Shown: piece by piece, positions 37,901 through 51,296 of the stretch
Layout of the letters: each line of letters starts with the position of its first letter
Numbering within the stretch: the stretch's first letter is position 1
Translations under genes and position numbers: made by a program
NCBI RefSeq assembly: GCF_963921235.1
Contig: NC_086120.1
Location: 8,618,001 to 8,682,000 of the forward strand
Length of the DNA: 64,000 nt
Source: Mobula hypostoma
Taxonomy: Eukaryota
Direction of reading: 5' to 3'
The notes under the pieces: generated by a model
Told to the model about the DNA's origin: nothing
The model's database searches: none
The model's input: the letters and a program-made list of their open reading frames with translations, nothing else

Positions 37901-38098
37901 CATCAATGTTTTGTACAGTTTATCCCATGAAGAACTGCTAATAGCGGCCAGTCTTGCATGTTATTGCAAATTTACAAGGAATTTTGTTACAGAGAGTCAC
38001 AGGTTACGGGTATTGGATCTGTCAGTGATAATAAATCTGATTTGATTCTGATACTGATTGTGATGTGCCGATTACAGCCAAATTGTTGCTTTTATTTG

Positions 38099-41000
38099 TG
38101 TAACCCCTGGGAAAGGTTTCACTGCTAACGTAATAGTCTTTCTATAGAAGCAGTGTTTGGGTTATGGTTAGAGATAACGGATGCTTTGGAATGCGAGCAG
38201 GGTCTTTCGTTTGGCGAGACATGAAGCGAGAAGGTGCTGGAAAGAACCAGTCATAGGATACGACCCAATGGGGAGATCATGATTCGATGGAGCCAGGCGG
38301 CGAGATTGACTGAGGATCGGTGAATTGAGCTCCAACTGCATATTTGAATATTTAATTATAATGGGCCATTTTTGTTTTTTTTCTTTCTTTTCTTTACCAA
38401 TACTTCAGTTAACATTCATAAAGATATTTTTTTTAATCGTATGCAGTGTGCTGTCTGTTGTTTCATGGGACTGTGTTGTAACAGGGTTGCAAATTACACA
38501 TCATTCACACAAACTGGGGTTTGGGAAAGGAGAGCCGTTTCAATCTCACGAGTTTGGCGGGACAGGAGAGTGTCTTTCCTAGACTTACACAGCCAAGGAA
38601 ACCAGCAGGGCTTCACTTGTGGGGGTATCATCCTGGATCAATTCCGTTGGATGCCGTGTGATTGCCCTGTGCATTGATCCACTGAGTTGTGTGTTTAAGC
38701 CTGTGTTGAACTGTTGGCCGGTGAAGTGATTAAGATACATGTTTATGGATGCTGCAGGGGTTGAGTGGTGGTGAGAATCCACAGGGTTACCGGTAACGAA
38801 TGTGTGTGTATTGAGTGGGATAGACATTCATAGTCCCAATGAATTGTTAATTCGGATTTCAAGTACCAGTAAAGCATGAGGAACAATTCCAATCATGGAG
38901 CACAGATTTGACAAAATGGCAGGCAAAGATTTTGTTTTAGTTCAGACTAGTGCTGATGTAATGGCAGTGGAACTGCCTGGTACTACTGGGACCCTGGGAG
39001 AGGAGGGGGGGCCGTGTGCTGTCCATACTTTCCGGGAGGAAGGGAGTGAAGTTGAGCGTGATGAATTGGAAGCAGAGTTTCCCGTAGCTGGGGACAGAGA
39101 CATTAAAGACAAGTTGCTCTCATTTCTGTGGAGTGAGGGGAAGGAGTGGACTGATATGGAAAGTCTAATGAGTCCTCCAGTGAGACGTGAGCATTCTGAG
39201 TTGGTAGAGACCCTTACCTCCTTGGTGAATAAATGGCAAAATGCCCAGGTTCAAAGCCCCAGCTATTGTAGGCTGAGAATGTGCTCAGGATTGAAGCCCA
39301 GCCCAAAGGCGAAGAGGAGTATGGAGCAGACCACTCAGATGCTGGATGCGGCAGAGCTCTGATGATGTAAAAAGAAGACTGGTAGAGAGTTTGAGGGGGC
39401 CGGCCGCTGATGTAGTGAGATCCTCAAAGACAATGAACTTCTTTGCTACTTCTGCGGGCTTCATGCAAGCACTAGAAAATGTTTTTGGTGGAAAGGGAAG
39501 CCCAATAGATCTCATGATGGGATTTTGAGAGTAAGCTCATACATGAGTTACTGAGCATGCTTGGAGTCAAAAAGTCGAGGACTATGCCTTCTCACCTGCA
39601 AGGTGATCCCCAGCCCGAGAGTTTCCATCGGACCTCACTAGACATGCTTGGAACTTTGGAGGTCAGTAAAAGAGAACAGGTGGAGTCAAGATATCGGATA
39701 TGTGCTCCACTGCCACAATTGCACACAGTTTGAAGCTACCAGGTACTCACCATATTATCTGATGTTTGGGAGCCAAGTGAGGTTGCCCTTTGAGCTCTGT
39801 TATGGGACTGGTGGGGAAGATCAACAACAGAAGACTTATCTGAAGAAGGAAGCTGAAAAAGGTTTTGAACTGGCTGAGGTCTCAGCAACCAAGCAGAATC
39901 AAGGAAATAAGAGGAGGTATGATCAAGAGGTAAGGTTCTCCCAGCTAATGCCTGCAGTCAGAGTCTGCATAAAGAATTTGGGGCTACCTGGGAAGCATAA
40001 GTTAGCTAACTGCTACGCTCTATGTAGTGGAGAGTCAGAGGACAAACATACCAGTTTTCCGGGAGAAACCATAGGATGGGAATGGGCCTGTCAAGATTCT
40101 CCATTGGTACTACCTTCCACCCCTGGGACAAGAGGTACATGTTGACTCAGAGCATGAATGAACCCTACACTTAGAAAGAGAACTCTGCAGTGACATGAGT
40201 GAACTGAAGGCCCAGCAGTGGGGGAAGGATTAGACTGGAACCCACCCCTGAATATGATACGAACTCGGAGGATGAGGAAATGGGGGTGTGGTAAGTTTGC
40301 CCTTCGCAAACTCCTCAATAATTGATGAAGAGATTCCCAACCCTTCTCACGTTGAGGCAAGTAAAATAGGGGGAACTCACACTGGAAAGGCAGATTTGCA
40401 GTAGGGAAATAATAGGAAGCTGGACCCTAAAGCAACTGGGCATGTGGGTAAACTCAGATCAGTGTTGATTGGCTGTGGGTTTTTTCGGGAGGCATGAGTA
40501 ATAGACAGGCAGAAACCTCCCCAGGTGGACATGAAAGAGTCCATGGGGTGTCAAGCTGAAGAAGATGATGGGGTAAGCAGGTTCAAAGAGTCAGGAGATG
40601 CCCAGACAGACTGACGTATGCCGTACAATGGGATCAGGGTGTGGCACCTTGGTGAGCTATGAGTCAGCCTGCCATTTACACCTGGGTTGGACTTTGTGCT
40701 TTGTATGAAGGGGTGACAAATTATCTCAACGTCATGAGGACAGGACTAATTTTGGTGGTGAGAGCATGTAACATCCTGGGAAATGGTCTTTCTGTAGAAG
40801 CAGTGTTTGGGTTAAGGTGAGAAACAGTGGATGCTTTGGAATGTGAGCTGGGTCTTTTGTTTGGCACAAGATGAAGAGAGAAGATGCTGGAGAGAGCCGG
40901 TTGTAGGATATGACCTGATGGGGAGATCATGATTTGATTGAGCTGGGCGGCGAGACTGACTGAAGGTTGGTGAATTGAGCTCCAACTGTGCACATTTGAC

Positions 41001-41268
41001 TGTTTAATTATAATGAGCCCTTTTTGTTTTTTTTTCTTTCATTTCTTTACTGACCCTTTAGTTAAGATTCGTAAATGTAATTCCTTTAATTGTACACAGT
41101 GTGCTCTCTGTTGTTTCTTGGCACCGCGTTGTAACAGGGTTACAAGTTACACAGCATCCACACAAACTGACAATGGAGATGGGAGAGCTGTCTCAATCTC
41201 ATGGGTTTGGCGGGACCGGAGTGTGTCTTCCCTAGACTTATGCAGTGAAGCAAACCAACAGGGATTCA
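38099..41268 (+). mobile_element. Internally deleted Gypsy element with PNMA-type gag (LTRs 38099-38615 and 40767-41268)
   Basis: Direct repeats TGTAAC...TTCA; degenerate tRNA-Pro-like PBS after the 5' LTR; gag KRRLVESLRGPAADVV..ALENVFG; then directly the integrase C-half (QGDPQPE..SPYYLMFG). PR, RT and RH are missing. Flanks TTTG/TTTT. Confidence 0.85.
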
Positions 41269-41314
41269 TTTTCTTTTTCTAGTTTCCTTACACTTGCTTT
41301 TATGTTTGTATAAT

Positions 41315-42740
41315 CACAAGGACCCTGCAAAGAGTCAAGCTCCATAACGCAGCCGGGCCAGACAAGATGCCAGGCTGAGTTCTCAGGAAATGGACACACC
41401 TGATCACTGACGCCTCACAGACATCTTCAACTCTGCACTCATCCAGGCTGCTGTCCCCACATGCTTCAGATCAGTCATCATCGTTCCTGTACCAAAGAAC
41501 TCTACACCTTCACACTAAACAATTACCACCCGGTGGCAATGACACCAATTATCATGAAGTGTTTTGAACAGCTGGTAATGGCACACATCAAAAGCTCCAT
41601 TGCTGCCACACGGGACACTCACCAGTATGTTTACTGGCAGAACCGCTCCACAACAGATGCCGTAACATCTGTCATGCTCCTGGCCCTGGTACACTAGAAA
41701 ATAAGAACACTTGTGTCAGAATGCTGTTTCTGGATCTCAGTTCAGCATTCAACACTATTGTCCCACAGATATTGGTGAACAAACTCCTACTCCTCAGTCT
41801 AAATGCACCACTGTGCAACTGGGCATTGGATCTCCCAACAAACAGACCTCAGATAGTCAGGATGCACAATCGCTCCTCCCTCTCCATCATCCTCAACACA
41901 GGTGCCCCCCTCCCCCCAGGGCTGTGTGCTGATCCCACTGCTGTACACTCTGCTCACACATCACTGTACAGACAAACACCCAAGCAATCACACTGTCAAG
42001 TTCTCCGATGACACACCAGTGGTGAGGCTCATCACCAACAATGATGAGGCAGCCTGCAGACAGAGGGTGGACAAGTTTGAAGCCTGTGCCAGGCAAATAA
42101 CTTCTTCCTCAATGTTAACAAGACAAAGGAAATTGTTATTAACTCACACCACTCACAAAACATTGACCGCACAGCAATGGAAACTTTGACCAGTTTCAAT
42201 CTCCTGGGAGAGCACATTATGCATAACCTCACATGGCACCCCAACACAATTTACACAATCAGGAAAACTCACCAACATCTCTACTTTCTGAGGAGGCTGA
42301 AGGGAGCTGGACTGTGTACATCTTTATTCATGTCCTTTTGCAGATGCACATTAGAGAGCATCCGAACAAGAATAATCACTGCATGGTCAGAAAACTGTAC
42401 TGTGGTGGTCAGGAAGTTCAATGCAAAGGGTATGCCCAACAAGTCATTGGCACCTGCCTACACACCATCAAGGACATACATGCAGAAAAGTGCTGGGAAA
42501 GAGCCAAAAACATTATGAAGGATCCCACCAATCCTGCTTGCCCCACTCCTATCAGGTAGGAAGCAGCGTAGCATCCATGCCAGGACCACTAGACCCAAAA
42601 ATAGTTATATCCCCAAGCAGTAAGGATGACCAACACTTCTACCCACTTCCCACACCTCCACCACCAGTACTTTATCATTTCCTGTCAGAGTCACCTTATG
42701 GGCAAACACTCCTGTGCCTAGTGTCAGTTTATGAACACAC
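41315..42740 (+). mobile_element. Rex1/Babar LINE, 5'-truncated, decayed
   Basis: [50 protein letters not shown], and a 3' tail. Confidence 0.85.
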
Positions 42741-42745
42741 AATTA

Positions 42746-42892
42746 AAGTCCCGGCTCTATGTCTATATACTGTCCAGTCTCATGTTAATATTGTGTTAAA
42801 GATGAGTCCCGGCTTTTTGAAGGATAAGTCCTGGCTCTACGTTGATGTACAGTTCCCAGTCTGTCTCCGAGTTCCAGCCAAGACCCAAGACT
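42746..42892 (+). repeat. Isolated internal fragment of the 9511/10771 LTR family
   Basis: Aligns by eye to 10039-10200 (AAGTCCC..CTCTATGTCTAT...GTTAAAGATGAGTCCC...GAAGGATAAGTCC), without LTR ends. Confidence 0.8.
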
Positions 42893-43914
42893 GATCCCAA
42901 TCACCCATGGATCTACAGCCACCCTTCTGCACTATTTCCTCAGGCTAACATTTATCTGCACCTTACTACACCCACAGAGTGATGAAGGGGAATTAATCCA
43001 GAGATTATCACCACTCTTGTCCTGATTCCAGATGTTCCTACAACCTCCTTAAATTCTGATTGCATTTGCAATATCTTGCTTCACATTCACTGTATAATAT
43101 GCAGCATACATACAGTATGGAAACAGACCCCTCGTCCCATCATGTCTGTGCTGTCCATCAAGTCTGCATTTGCTCTAATCCTGCACTAATCCCATTCAAT
43201 TACATTTTCTTCCCTTCATATTCTCTTCAATTTACGTCAGATTCTTCCACTCACCGACACTCTTGGGGCAATTTATAGCAGCCAGTTAATCTACCAACCT
43301 GCACCCCTTTGACATGTTGAAGGAAACTGCAGTAGCCAAAGGAATATAGTAGGGATATAGACCTGGTGGAAGCAGATTGGTTCAGTTTAACTTGACATCA
43401 TTATTGGCACATAGGCGAGGTGGCCTATTCCTTTGAGATATAGTTGGATATTCAAATTAAGAACTATTCCTCTTTCTGTTCCTCTGCCTGCACAATAAAC
43501 CCACTCATCTGGTCATGCCTCTGTCCTTAGAGGAAGACTATCATCAATCAGTACTCTGAATATCATATGGTAAGAGAGCACGGTGTCCTGAAGGATCTGC
43601 TGACCCATCTGCCTGCACTTCATCTGCCTGGTGATCTGCCAATCTCCCTGCTTCATGCACTCACATTAGCTACAGGATGAACAGCTCCTGAAACCTGCTG
43701 CACAAGAAACATTCAGCCTTGTAGATTGATTGCTGTTGCTCAAGCATCAGATCCCGGAGGATCTGTTCTTCCAGCTGAAAACAGTTCCTGTACCCATCAT
43801 TATCCAGAAAACAGGAAACTTCCTGAGGACCCACATTGTCTCAGCTGTCCATTCCCATTGCTCTGAGATTCCCTGCCAGATTTATTTTTTTTTTTGTCAG
43901 ACTATCTCAATTAA

Positions 43915-44916
43915 CCACAGGGATCAGTGCTGGGTCCATTGTTATTTGTCATCTATATCAATGATCTGGATGATTGTGTGGTAAATTGGATCAGCAAATT
44001 TACTGTTGATACAAAGATTGGAGGTGTAGTAAAGAGTGAGGAAGGTTTTCAGAGCCTGCAGAGGGACTTGGACCAGCTGGAAAAATGGGCTGAAAAATGG
44101 CAGATGGAGTTTAATACAGACAAGTGTGAGGTATTGCACGTTGGAAGGACAAACCAAGGTAGAACATACAGGGTTAATGGTAAGGCACTGAGGAGTGCAG
44201 TAGAACAGAGGGATCTGGGAATACAGATACAAAATTCCCTAAAAGTGGCATCACAGGTAGATAGGGTCGTAAAGAGAGCTTTTGGTACATTGACCTTTAT
44301 TAATCAAAGTATTGAGTATAAGAGCTGGAATATTATGATGAAGTTGTATAAGGCATTGGTGAGGCCGAATCTGGAGTATTGTGTTCAGTTTTGGTCACCA
44401 AATTACAGGAAGGATATAAATAAGGTTGAAAGAGTGCAGAGAAGGTTTACAAAGATGTTGCCGGGACTTGAGAAACTCAGTTACAGAGAAAGGTTGAATA
44501 GGTTAGGACTTTATTCCCTGGAGCGTAGAAGAATGAGGGGAGATTTGATAGAGGTATATAAAATTATGATGGGTATAGATAGAGTGAATGCAAGCAGGCT
44601 TTTTCCACTGAGGCAAGGGGAGAAAAAAAAACAGAGGACATGGGTTAAGGACGAGGGGGGAAAAGTTTAAAGGGAACATTAAGGGGGGCTTCTTCACACA
44701 GAGAGTGGTGGGAGTATGGAATGAGCTGCCAGACGAGGTGGTAAATGTGGGTTCTTTTTTAACATTTAGGAATAAATTGGATAGATACATGGATGGGAGG
44801 TGTATGGAGGGATATGGGCCATGTGCAGGTCAGTGAGCCTAGGCAGAAAATGGTTTGGCACAGCCAAGAAGGGCCAAAAGGCCTGTTTCTGTGCTGTAGT
44901 TTTTCTATGGTTTCTA
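43915..44916 (+). mobile_element. CR1 LINE, 5'-truncated, fairly young
   Basis: 247-aa open RT fragment (LGPLLFVIYINDLD...NLEYCVQFWSP); TTCTATGGTTTCTA tail. Confidence 0.93.
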
Positions 44917-44948
44917 ACAAGAAAAACCTACACTTGAAACACCAGCCT

Positions 44949-45359
44949 TGTTATATGACTTTTTAATGAGCTCTTCAGGGTTGTCTGACAAGCTGGAGAG
45001 CGTTGAAGTTTGAGGTTTCTAAGAGCAGCTTAATTGATTAATTGTTGCTAATTATTTAAGAATTCCTTGTTGTTTTCTTTTTGAGCAACTTACTCTCTGT
45101 AATGCAGGCTCTGGGTATTTTATGTTTAAACTTGCTAAGCCTCATGGATTCCATCTTACTTGTCATATTTGTGCAGAGGCCCAATTAGCGCTAATTGTGG
45201 AGTCCTTGTTTTGAGAATGTTACGTCTCACAGTGTCGCTCAGCCAAGCCACCGATGTTCTGTTGGAATTCTTATGAATAAACTCTGATTGTCGTCTTTTC
45301 ATTGGACTCTGTGTTTTCTCCGCACTTAGGTTTCAACATTGCCAGCACATATTGTGACA
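44949..45359 (+). mobile_element. Possible solo LTR
   Basis: TGTTA...TGTGACA with AATAAA ~70 nt before the end; no TSD. Confidence 0.35.
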
Positions 45360-45429
45360 GGCACACACACAAATTGCTCGAGGAACTCAGCCGGTCAGGC
45401 ACCATTTATATTCATAAACGTATTTGGAA

Positions 45430-45955
45430 GAATAAACTATGTAATGCCTTGTTATTGTTTTTTAAAAAAGGTGTTAAGCAGTGTTCACTTATGTGGCCCA
45501 CTGAGGTGGTATACATAGTGCAACAAATCTGGAACTTCCTCACCAACCTGGCCTCTCCCTTTCCCTTTGCAGAAGAACCCTTCACTGTGGTCCTTCCCAC
45601 CAAACCCTTACAAGTAGCTGCACCAAGCCTCCAGCTGACTATGACATTGTGTGACAAAGGGGCCATACTTGTCCTTCTCAACACTAGGGACAGAGAAAAC
45701 TTTGATAAATGGTACTTAGTGCCCACATACTTAGACAATTCCAGAGAGAGTCTAAAGCAACCATACACGCATGTGCTCATCAGGGTGAGGTCAACATTAT
45801 GTATACTTATGCCTCCGGTGTCCATGGACTTGTGCATTGTGATCAGTCTTATTCGCTCCATCTTGGATTCCCAGATGAACCAAAGGACAGTCCAGGTCAT
45901 TTCCAAACTAGAGGAGAGGGGTATGCATTTCAACAAAGGCTCTATGCAGTAGACA
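45430..45955 (-). mobile_element. Tx1/L1-clade ORF2 fragment
   Basis: LWFIWESKMERIRLITMHKSMDTGG..NVDLTLMSTCVYGC, resembling the post-RT region of Tx1-like LINEs. Confidence 0.6.
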
Positions 45956-45959
45956 AACA

Positions 45960-46320
45960 AGAAAAGTGAAAAAATTCTGTTGCCTGCTGTGTCTTCCACA
46001 GTCTCAGACATTTCATCTATTCTTCTTTTAACAGAGTTGTCACTGACAGGCATTGCTTTAATTAAACGGTCTGGTGATTTATGCAAAACTACTCAGAACC
46101 CCTCTTATGGCTGGCTAAATCAATTCTTTTCCAATTGTATGGGAATTTCAAGATTTATCAATGAGTAATGAAATGTTGTTAAAAGCTCACAAATCATCAC
46201 TCCTGTAAAGTGCTGGCAAACATGTTTAGAAGTGGTTTTCATTTCTGAAAGTTTACACGATGTGACTGAAAGAAAAATAAGCAATCCTTCAAATGACCCA
46301 CACAACAACCACCATTACAA
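45960..46320 (-). mobile_element. hAT (Buster/Charlie) transposase fragment
   Basis: IKAMPVSDNSVKRRIDEMSETVED matches the LSNNTVxRRI motif. Confidence 0.7.
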
Positions 46321-46344
46321 CAAAATGTTGTGAATTCATTCAAA

Positions 46345-49260
46345 GAACCAGAGAAACATAGAAAAACCTACAGCACAATACAGGCCCTTTGGCCCACAAA
46401 GCTGTGCTGAACATGTCCAAACCTGAGAAATTACCCAGGGTTTCCCATAGCTCCATATTTTTCTGAGCTCCATGATGTACCTGTCAAGGCGTCTCTTAAA
46501 AGACCCTATCATTTCCACCTCCTCCAGCATCGCCAGCAGCCTATTCCATGCACTCACCACTCTCTGCGTAAAAAACTTACTCCTGACATCTCCTCTGTAC
46601 ATAATTCCAAGCACCTTAAAACTGTGCCCTCTCATGCTAGCCATTTCAGACCTAGGAAAAAAGCCTCTGACTATACACACTATCAATGCCTTTCATCACC
46701 TTATACACATCTATCAGGTCATTTCTCATCCTCCGTCGCTCCAAGGAAAAAAAGCTGAGTTCACTCAAACTATTCTCATAAGGCATGCTCCCCAATCCAG
46801 GCAACATCCTTGTAAATCTCCTTTGCACCCTTTCTATGGTTTCCACATCCTTCCTGTAGTGAGGCAACCAGAACTGAGCACAGTACTCCAAGTGGGGTGT
46901 GAACAGGGTCCTGTATAGCTGCAACATTGCCTCTTGGCTCCGAAACTCAATCCCACCATTGATGAAGGCCAATGTACCCTATGCTTCCTTAACCACAGAG
47001 TAAACCTACACAGCATCTTTAAATGTCCTATGGAATCAGACCACAGGATCTCTCTGATCCTCCACACTGCCAAGAGTCTTACCATTAATGCTATATTCTG
47101 CCATTATATTTGACCTACCAAAATGAACCACCTCACACTTATCTTAGAAACATAGAAACATAGAAAATAGGTGCAGGAGTAGGCCATTCGGCCCTTCGAG
47201 CCTGCACCGCCATTTATTATGATCATGGCTGATCATCCAACTCAGAACCCCGCCCCAGCCTTCCCTCCATACCCCCAGACCCCTGTTGCCACAAGGGCCA
47301 TATCTAACTCCCTCTTAAACATGGCCAATGAACTGGCCTCAACAGTTTCCTGTGGCAGAGAATTCCACAGATTCACCACTCTCTGTGTGAAGAAGTTTTT
47401 CCTATACTCGGTCCTAAAAGGCTTCCCCTCTATCCTCAAACTGTGACCCCTCGTTCTGGACTTCCCCAACATCGGGAACAATCTTCCTGCATCTAGCCTG
47501 TCCAATCCCTTTAGGATTTTATACGTTTCAATCAGATCTCCCCTCAATCTTCTAAATTCCAACGAGTACAAGCCCAGTTCATCCAGTCCTTCTTCATATG
47601 AAAGTCCTGCCATCCCAGGAATCAATCTGGTGAACCTTCTTTGTACTCCCTCTATGGCAAGGATGTCTTTCCTCAGATTAGGGGACCAAAACTGCACACA
47701 ATACTCCAGGTGTGGTCTCACCAAGGCCTTGTACAACTGCAGTAGTACCTCCCTGCTCCTGTACTCGAATCCTCTCGCTATAAATGCCAGCATACCGTTC
47801 GCCTTTTTCACCGCCTGCTGTACCTGCATGCCCACTTTCAATGACTGGTGTATAATGACACCCAGGTCTCGTTGCACCTCCCCTTTTCCTAATCGGCCAC
47901 CATTCAGATAATAATCTGTTTTCCTATTTTTGCCACCAAAGTGGATAACTTCACATTTATCCACATTAAATTGCATCTGCCATGAGTTTGCCCACTCACC
48001 CAACCTATCCAAGTCACCCTGCATCCTCTTAGCATCCTCCTCACAGCTAACACTGCCACCCAGCTTCGTGTCATCCGCAAACTTGGAGATGCTGCATTTA
48101 ATTCCCTCATCCAAGTCATTAATATATATTGTAAACAACTGGGGTCCCAGCACTGAGCCTTGCGGTACCCCACTAGTCACCGCCTGCCATTCTGAAAAGG
48201 TCCCGTTTATTCCCACACTTTGCTTCCTGTCTGCTAACCAATTCTCCACCCACACCAATACCTTACCCCCAATACCGTGTGCTTTAAGTTTGCACACTAA
48301 TCTCCTGTGTGGGACCTTGTCAAAAGCCTTTTGAAAATCCAAATATACCACATCCACTGGTTCTCCCCTATCCACTCTACTAGTTACATCCTCAAAAAAT
48401 TCTATGAGATTCGTCAGACATGATCTTGGTTGAACTCCATCTGCCACTTCTCAGCCCAGTTTTGCATCATATCAATGTCCAACTGTAACTTCTGACAGCC
48501 CAGCACATTATCCACAACACCCCCAACCTTTGTGTCATCAGCGAATTTACTAACACATCCCTCCACTTCCTCATCCAGATCATTTATAAGAATCACAAAG
48601 AGTAGGGGTCCCAGAACAGATCCTTGAGGCACACCACTGGTCACCATCCTCCATGCAGAATATGACCCGTCTACAACCACTCTTTGCCTTCTGTGGGCAA
48701 ACCACTTCTGGATCCACAAAGCAATATCCCCTTGGATCCCATGCCTCCTTACCTCCTCAATAAGCCTTGCATGGGGTACTTTGTCAAATGCCTTGCTGAA
48801 ATCTGTATGCACTACATCTACTGCTCGACCTTCTTCAATGTGTTTAGACACATCCTCAAAAAATTCATAAGGCACGACATGCCTTTCACAAAGCCATACT
48901 GACCATTCCTCATCATATTATGCTTCTCCAAATGTTCATAAATCCTGCCTTGCAGGATCTTCTCCATCAACTTCCCAACCACTGAAGTAAGGTTCACGGG
49001 TCTATAATTTCCTGGGCTATCTCTATCCCTTTCATGAATAATGGAACAATGCCTGCAACCCTCCAATCCTCCGGAACTTCTCCCGTCCCCATTGATGATG
49101 CAAAGATCATCGTCAGAGGCTCAGCAATCTCTTTCTTCGACTCCCACATTAGCGTGGGTTACATCTCGTCCGGTCCTGGTGACTTATCCTACTCGATGCT
49201 TTCCAAAAGCTCCAGCACATCTTCTTTCTTAATATCTACATTCCCAAGCTTTTCAGTTTC
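46345..49260 (-). mobile_element. CR1 LINE interrupted by a younger CR1
   Basis: RT motifs on both sides; CACACTTATCT at 47134-47144 continues as ATCTTGGTTGAACTCC at 48423. Confidence 0.9.
47146..48422 (-). mobile_element. Young CR1, 5'-truncated, with open ~400-aa RT ORF
   Basis: Uninterrupted ORF (LDFQKAFDKVPH, GVPQGSVLGP, FADDTK); 5-bp TSD ATCTT; (CATAGAAA)n tail. Confidence 0.96.
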
Positions 49261-49532
49261 ATCAGAAAGCTCTGTTTAGAAATCAGTTCCCATTAGGTAA
49301 ATGTGTACACAATACTTACGTTATTTCAAATAGCCAGATTGATTGCTGGCTTCAACTCAACTGACCTACTAAATATAAAAAAAAGACATCATTGTCTCTG
49401 ATGGAAGTCAGATATTTAAACTCTGTTTCTCTCTCCAGCGGACACCGTCAGAATAGCTTATGCTGTATTTTGCTTTTGATCAATGTTTAAACGTGGAAAG
49501 TTTGAAAGTAAAATTTTCTAGCAGGTCAGCTA

Positions 49533-49640
49533 GGGTCTCGGCCTGAAACGTCGACTGCGCCTCTTCCTATAGATGCTGCCTGGCCTGCTGCGTTCACCAG
49601 CAACTTTGATGTATGTTGCTTGAATTTCCAGCATCTGCAG
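49533..49640 (+). mobile_element. Penelope-like terminal fragment
   Basis: AGGGTCTCGGCCTGAAACGTCGACT...GATGCTGCCTGGCCTGCTGCG; the 5' CTGACGA box is absent. Confidence 0.75.
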
Positions 49641-50667
49641 AATTCCTGTTGTTTGCGTATAAACTCTGGATGCCCATTTTTGTTATAAAAAACGGATGCC
49701 GTTTTTTTTTCATGGAGTCAGACATGCGCCAGTTACAAGCATAGCATTGTGCATTTCCAGCAGGTCCCTCGGAGCCGAGTATCGTAAGCTATCGGTTCTG
49801 AGATTTTTATTCGATTCGAAAGAATGGATGGAGCCAGTCAGCTCCTCCAGGTCATTGTTTGGTCCGGACTCTCCCGCTTGCTGTCGTCTGGGGACGGAGG
49901 ACAGCAAATTCCGGGAGGCTGTGCTGCCTGTGCCCTTTCTGTAGAACATGTCACAATCACGGGCTCTGCCGCAGGGACTGCGCGTCCTCAAAGGCGGGCT
50001 GCGGAACAGGTTCGTCAATCGTGCTCGTAAATATGCACGTTCCCGCTAATTAGAGTTTCATTGTGATGGCAATTTACTTCGTTCCTCTTGTTCCAGTTTT
50101 GTAGAGCCTTGGCAAATACCAGAGCAACGCCAATGGTCCCCACTTCCCGTTGTCCAGGGGCAGGTATTCTCTCCGCTATTGGGCTATACCGGCGCGTTCT
50201 GTCATATAGGCTATTTTACATCAAAATCAACTTTATTCATAATAAAAAGTATTTGCAAAAATTAAGTGTAATGCTATTTGATTCTTACATTCATGGCCAA
50301 TGCTTTCAGTACTGTCCTTTACATTCCTTAAAGCTAATAGGACTGTTGCCGCTCACGGGCCCCTCGGTGATACACTGCGACAATAATTGAGGGGCTTCCA
50401 CACCCAGTCCGGCTTCTCCCTCTCCAGTAGCGGGACAACGCTAAACTGGGGTCATATAGGTTACATTTCACATTAAAATAAACGTTATTCACACTGAAAA
50501 AAAGCATTTACAAGAATAAACCTTTCAATTCTTACATTCATAGTCAATACTTTCCGCACTGATCTAAATCTTCACAGTTAGAACGAATTCAAACCCTCAA
50601 ACTGCCAAAGTGGGTTTGAACTCCATGACTGAATGACTGATGTGGGAACAGGAAGCCTGCACTGCTC

Positions 50668-50815
50668 TATCACAAAGCAGATAAGATCTGCAGATGCTGG
50701 AAATCCAAGCAACACACACGAAATGCTGGAGGAACTCAGCAGGCCAAGCAGCATCAATGGAAAACAGTCCAGTCGACTTCTCGGGCCAAGATCCTTCTAC
50801 AGCCTGCTCTGTCCT
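50668..50815 (-). mobile_element. Penelope-like terminal fragment
   Basis: ATCTGCAGATGCTGGAAATCCAAGCAACACAC...GAACTCAGCAGGCC, same family as 28500-28620. Confidence 0.75.
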
Positions 50816-51043
50816 GCCCTGTTGTCACTGGAGTTGTGAGGGGCATCTGTGGACCGAAGGTAGGAATCAGGGAAATGAAGGCAGAGTTTGGGAAATGTCA
50901 GACAATGAATGACTTTTTCATTCACAAATTGTTTTTAACGGATCAGTCAGTTGCTAACAATGTCGCCGCCTCAATCCGATGGTACGTGACAGCATATGGG
51001 AGGGTTTCCGATCCCCGCTCTGGTTGGTCAGTGTCAGTCACTC

Positions 51044-51053
51044 TGATTTGCAT
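51044..51053 (+). promoter_or_regulatory. Ig light-chain promoter octamer (TGATTTGCAT; ATTTGCAT at 51046-51053)
   Basis: Exact octamer in light-chain orientation, ~113 nt upstream of the leader ATG. Confidence 0.9.
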
Positions 51054-51165
51054 CGAATCCCTCCCCGGTGTGAATGGCTCTGTAACTGGGCTCCATTGGC
51101 AGCGGCGGCCAGTCAGTCACAGATCCACCGACAGACAGGAGGCAGGAAGCTGACGGGCAGCAACG

Positions 51166-51211
51166 ATGCGGACGCTGTGCTTTTTCTGGTCTCTGGCAGT
51201 GTGGCTGGGCT
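51166..51211 (+). CDS. IgL leader exon 1 (MRTLCFFWSLAVWLG)
   Basis: 46-nt hydrophobic exon, phase-1 donor GTAAGT at 51212; 85-nt intron ending TTTTGACAG at 51296. Confidence 0.92.
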
Positions 51212-51296
51212 GTAAGTACAGGCAGTGGTTGCTGAGGTGGGTCTTGGGATCACATTAAAGAGTCAATAGTTAAAGTTGAATTTCTGATTTTGACAG

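Noticed and set aside
45229-45260. Isolated CACAGTG heptamers (also near 8380 and 34803) as cryptic RSS
   Set aside because: No nonamer at the correct spacing and no adjacent Ig coding sequence.
45302-46086. 216-aa and 224-aa overlapping ORFs as host genes
   Set aside because: The minus ORF is a chance fusion of hAT and Tx1 fragments; the plus ORF is its antisense.
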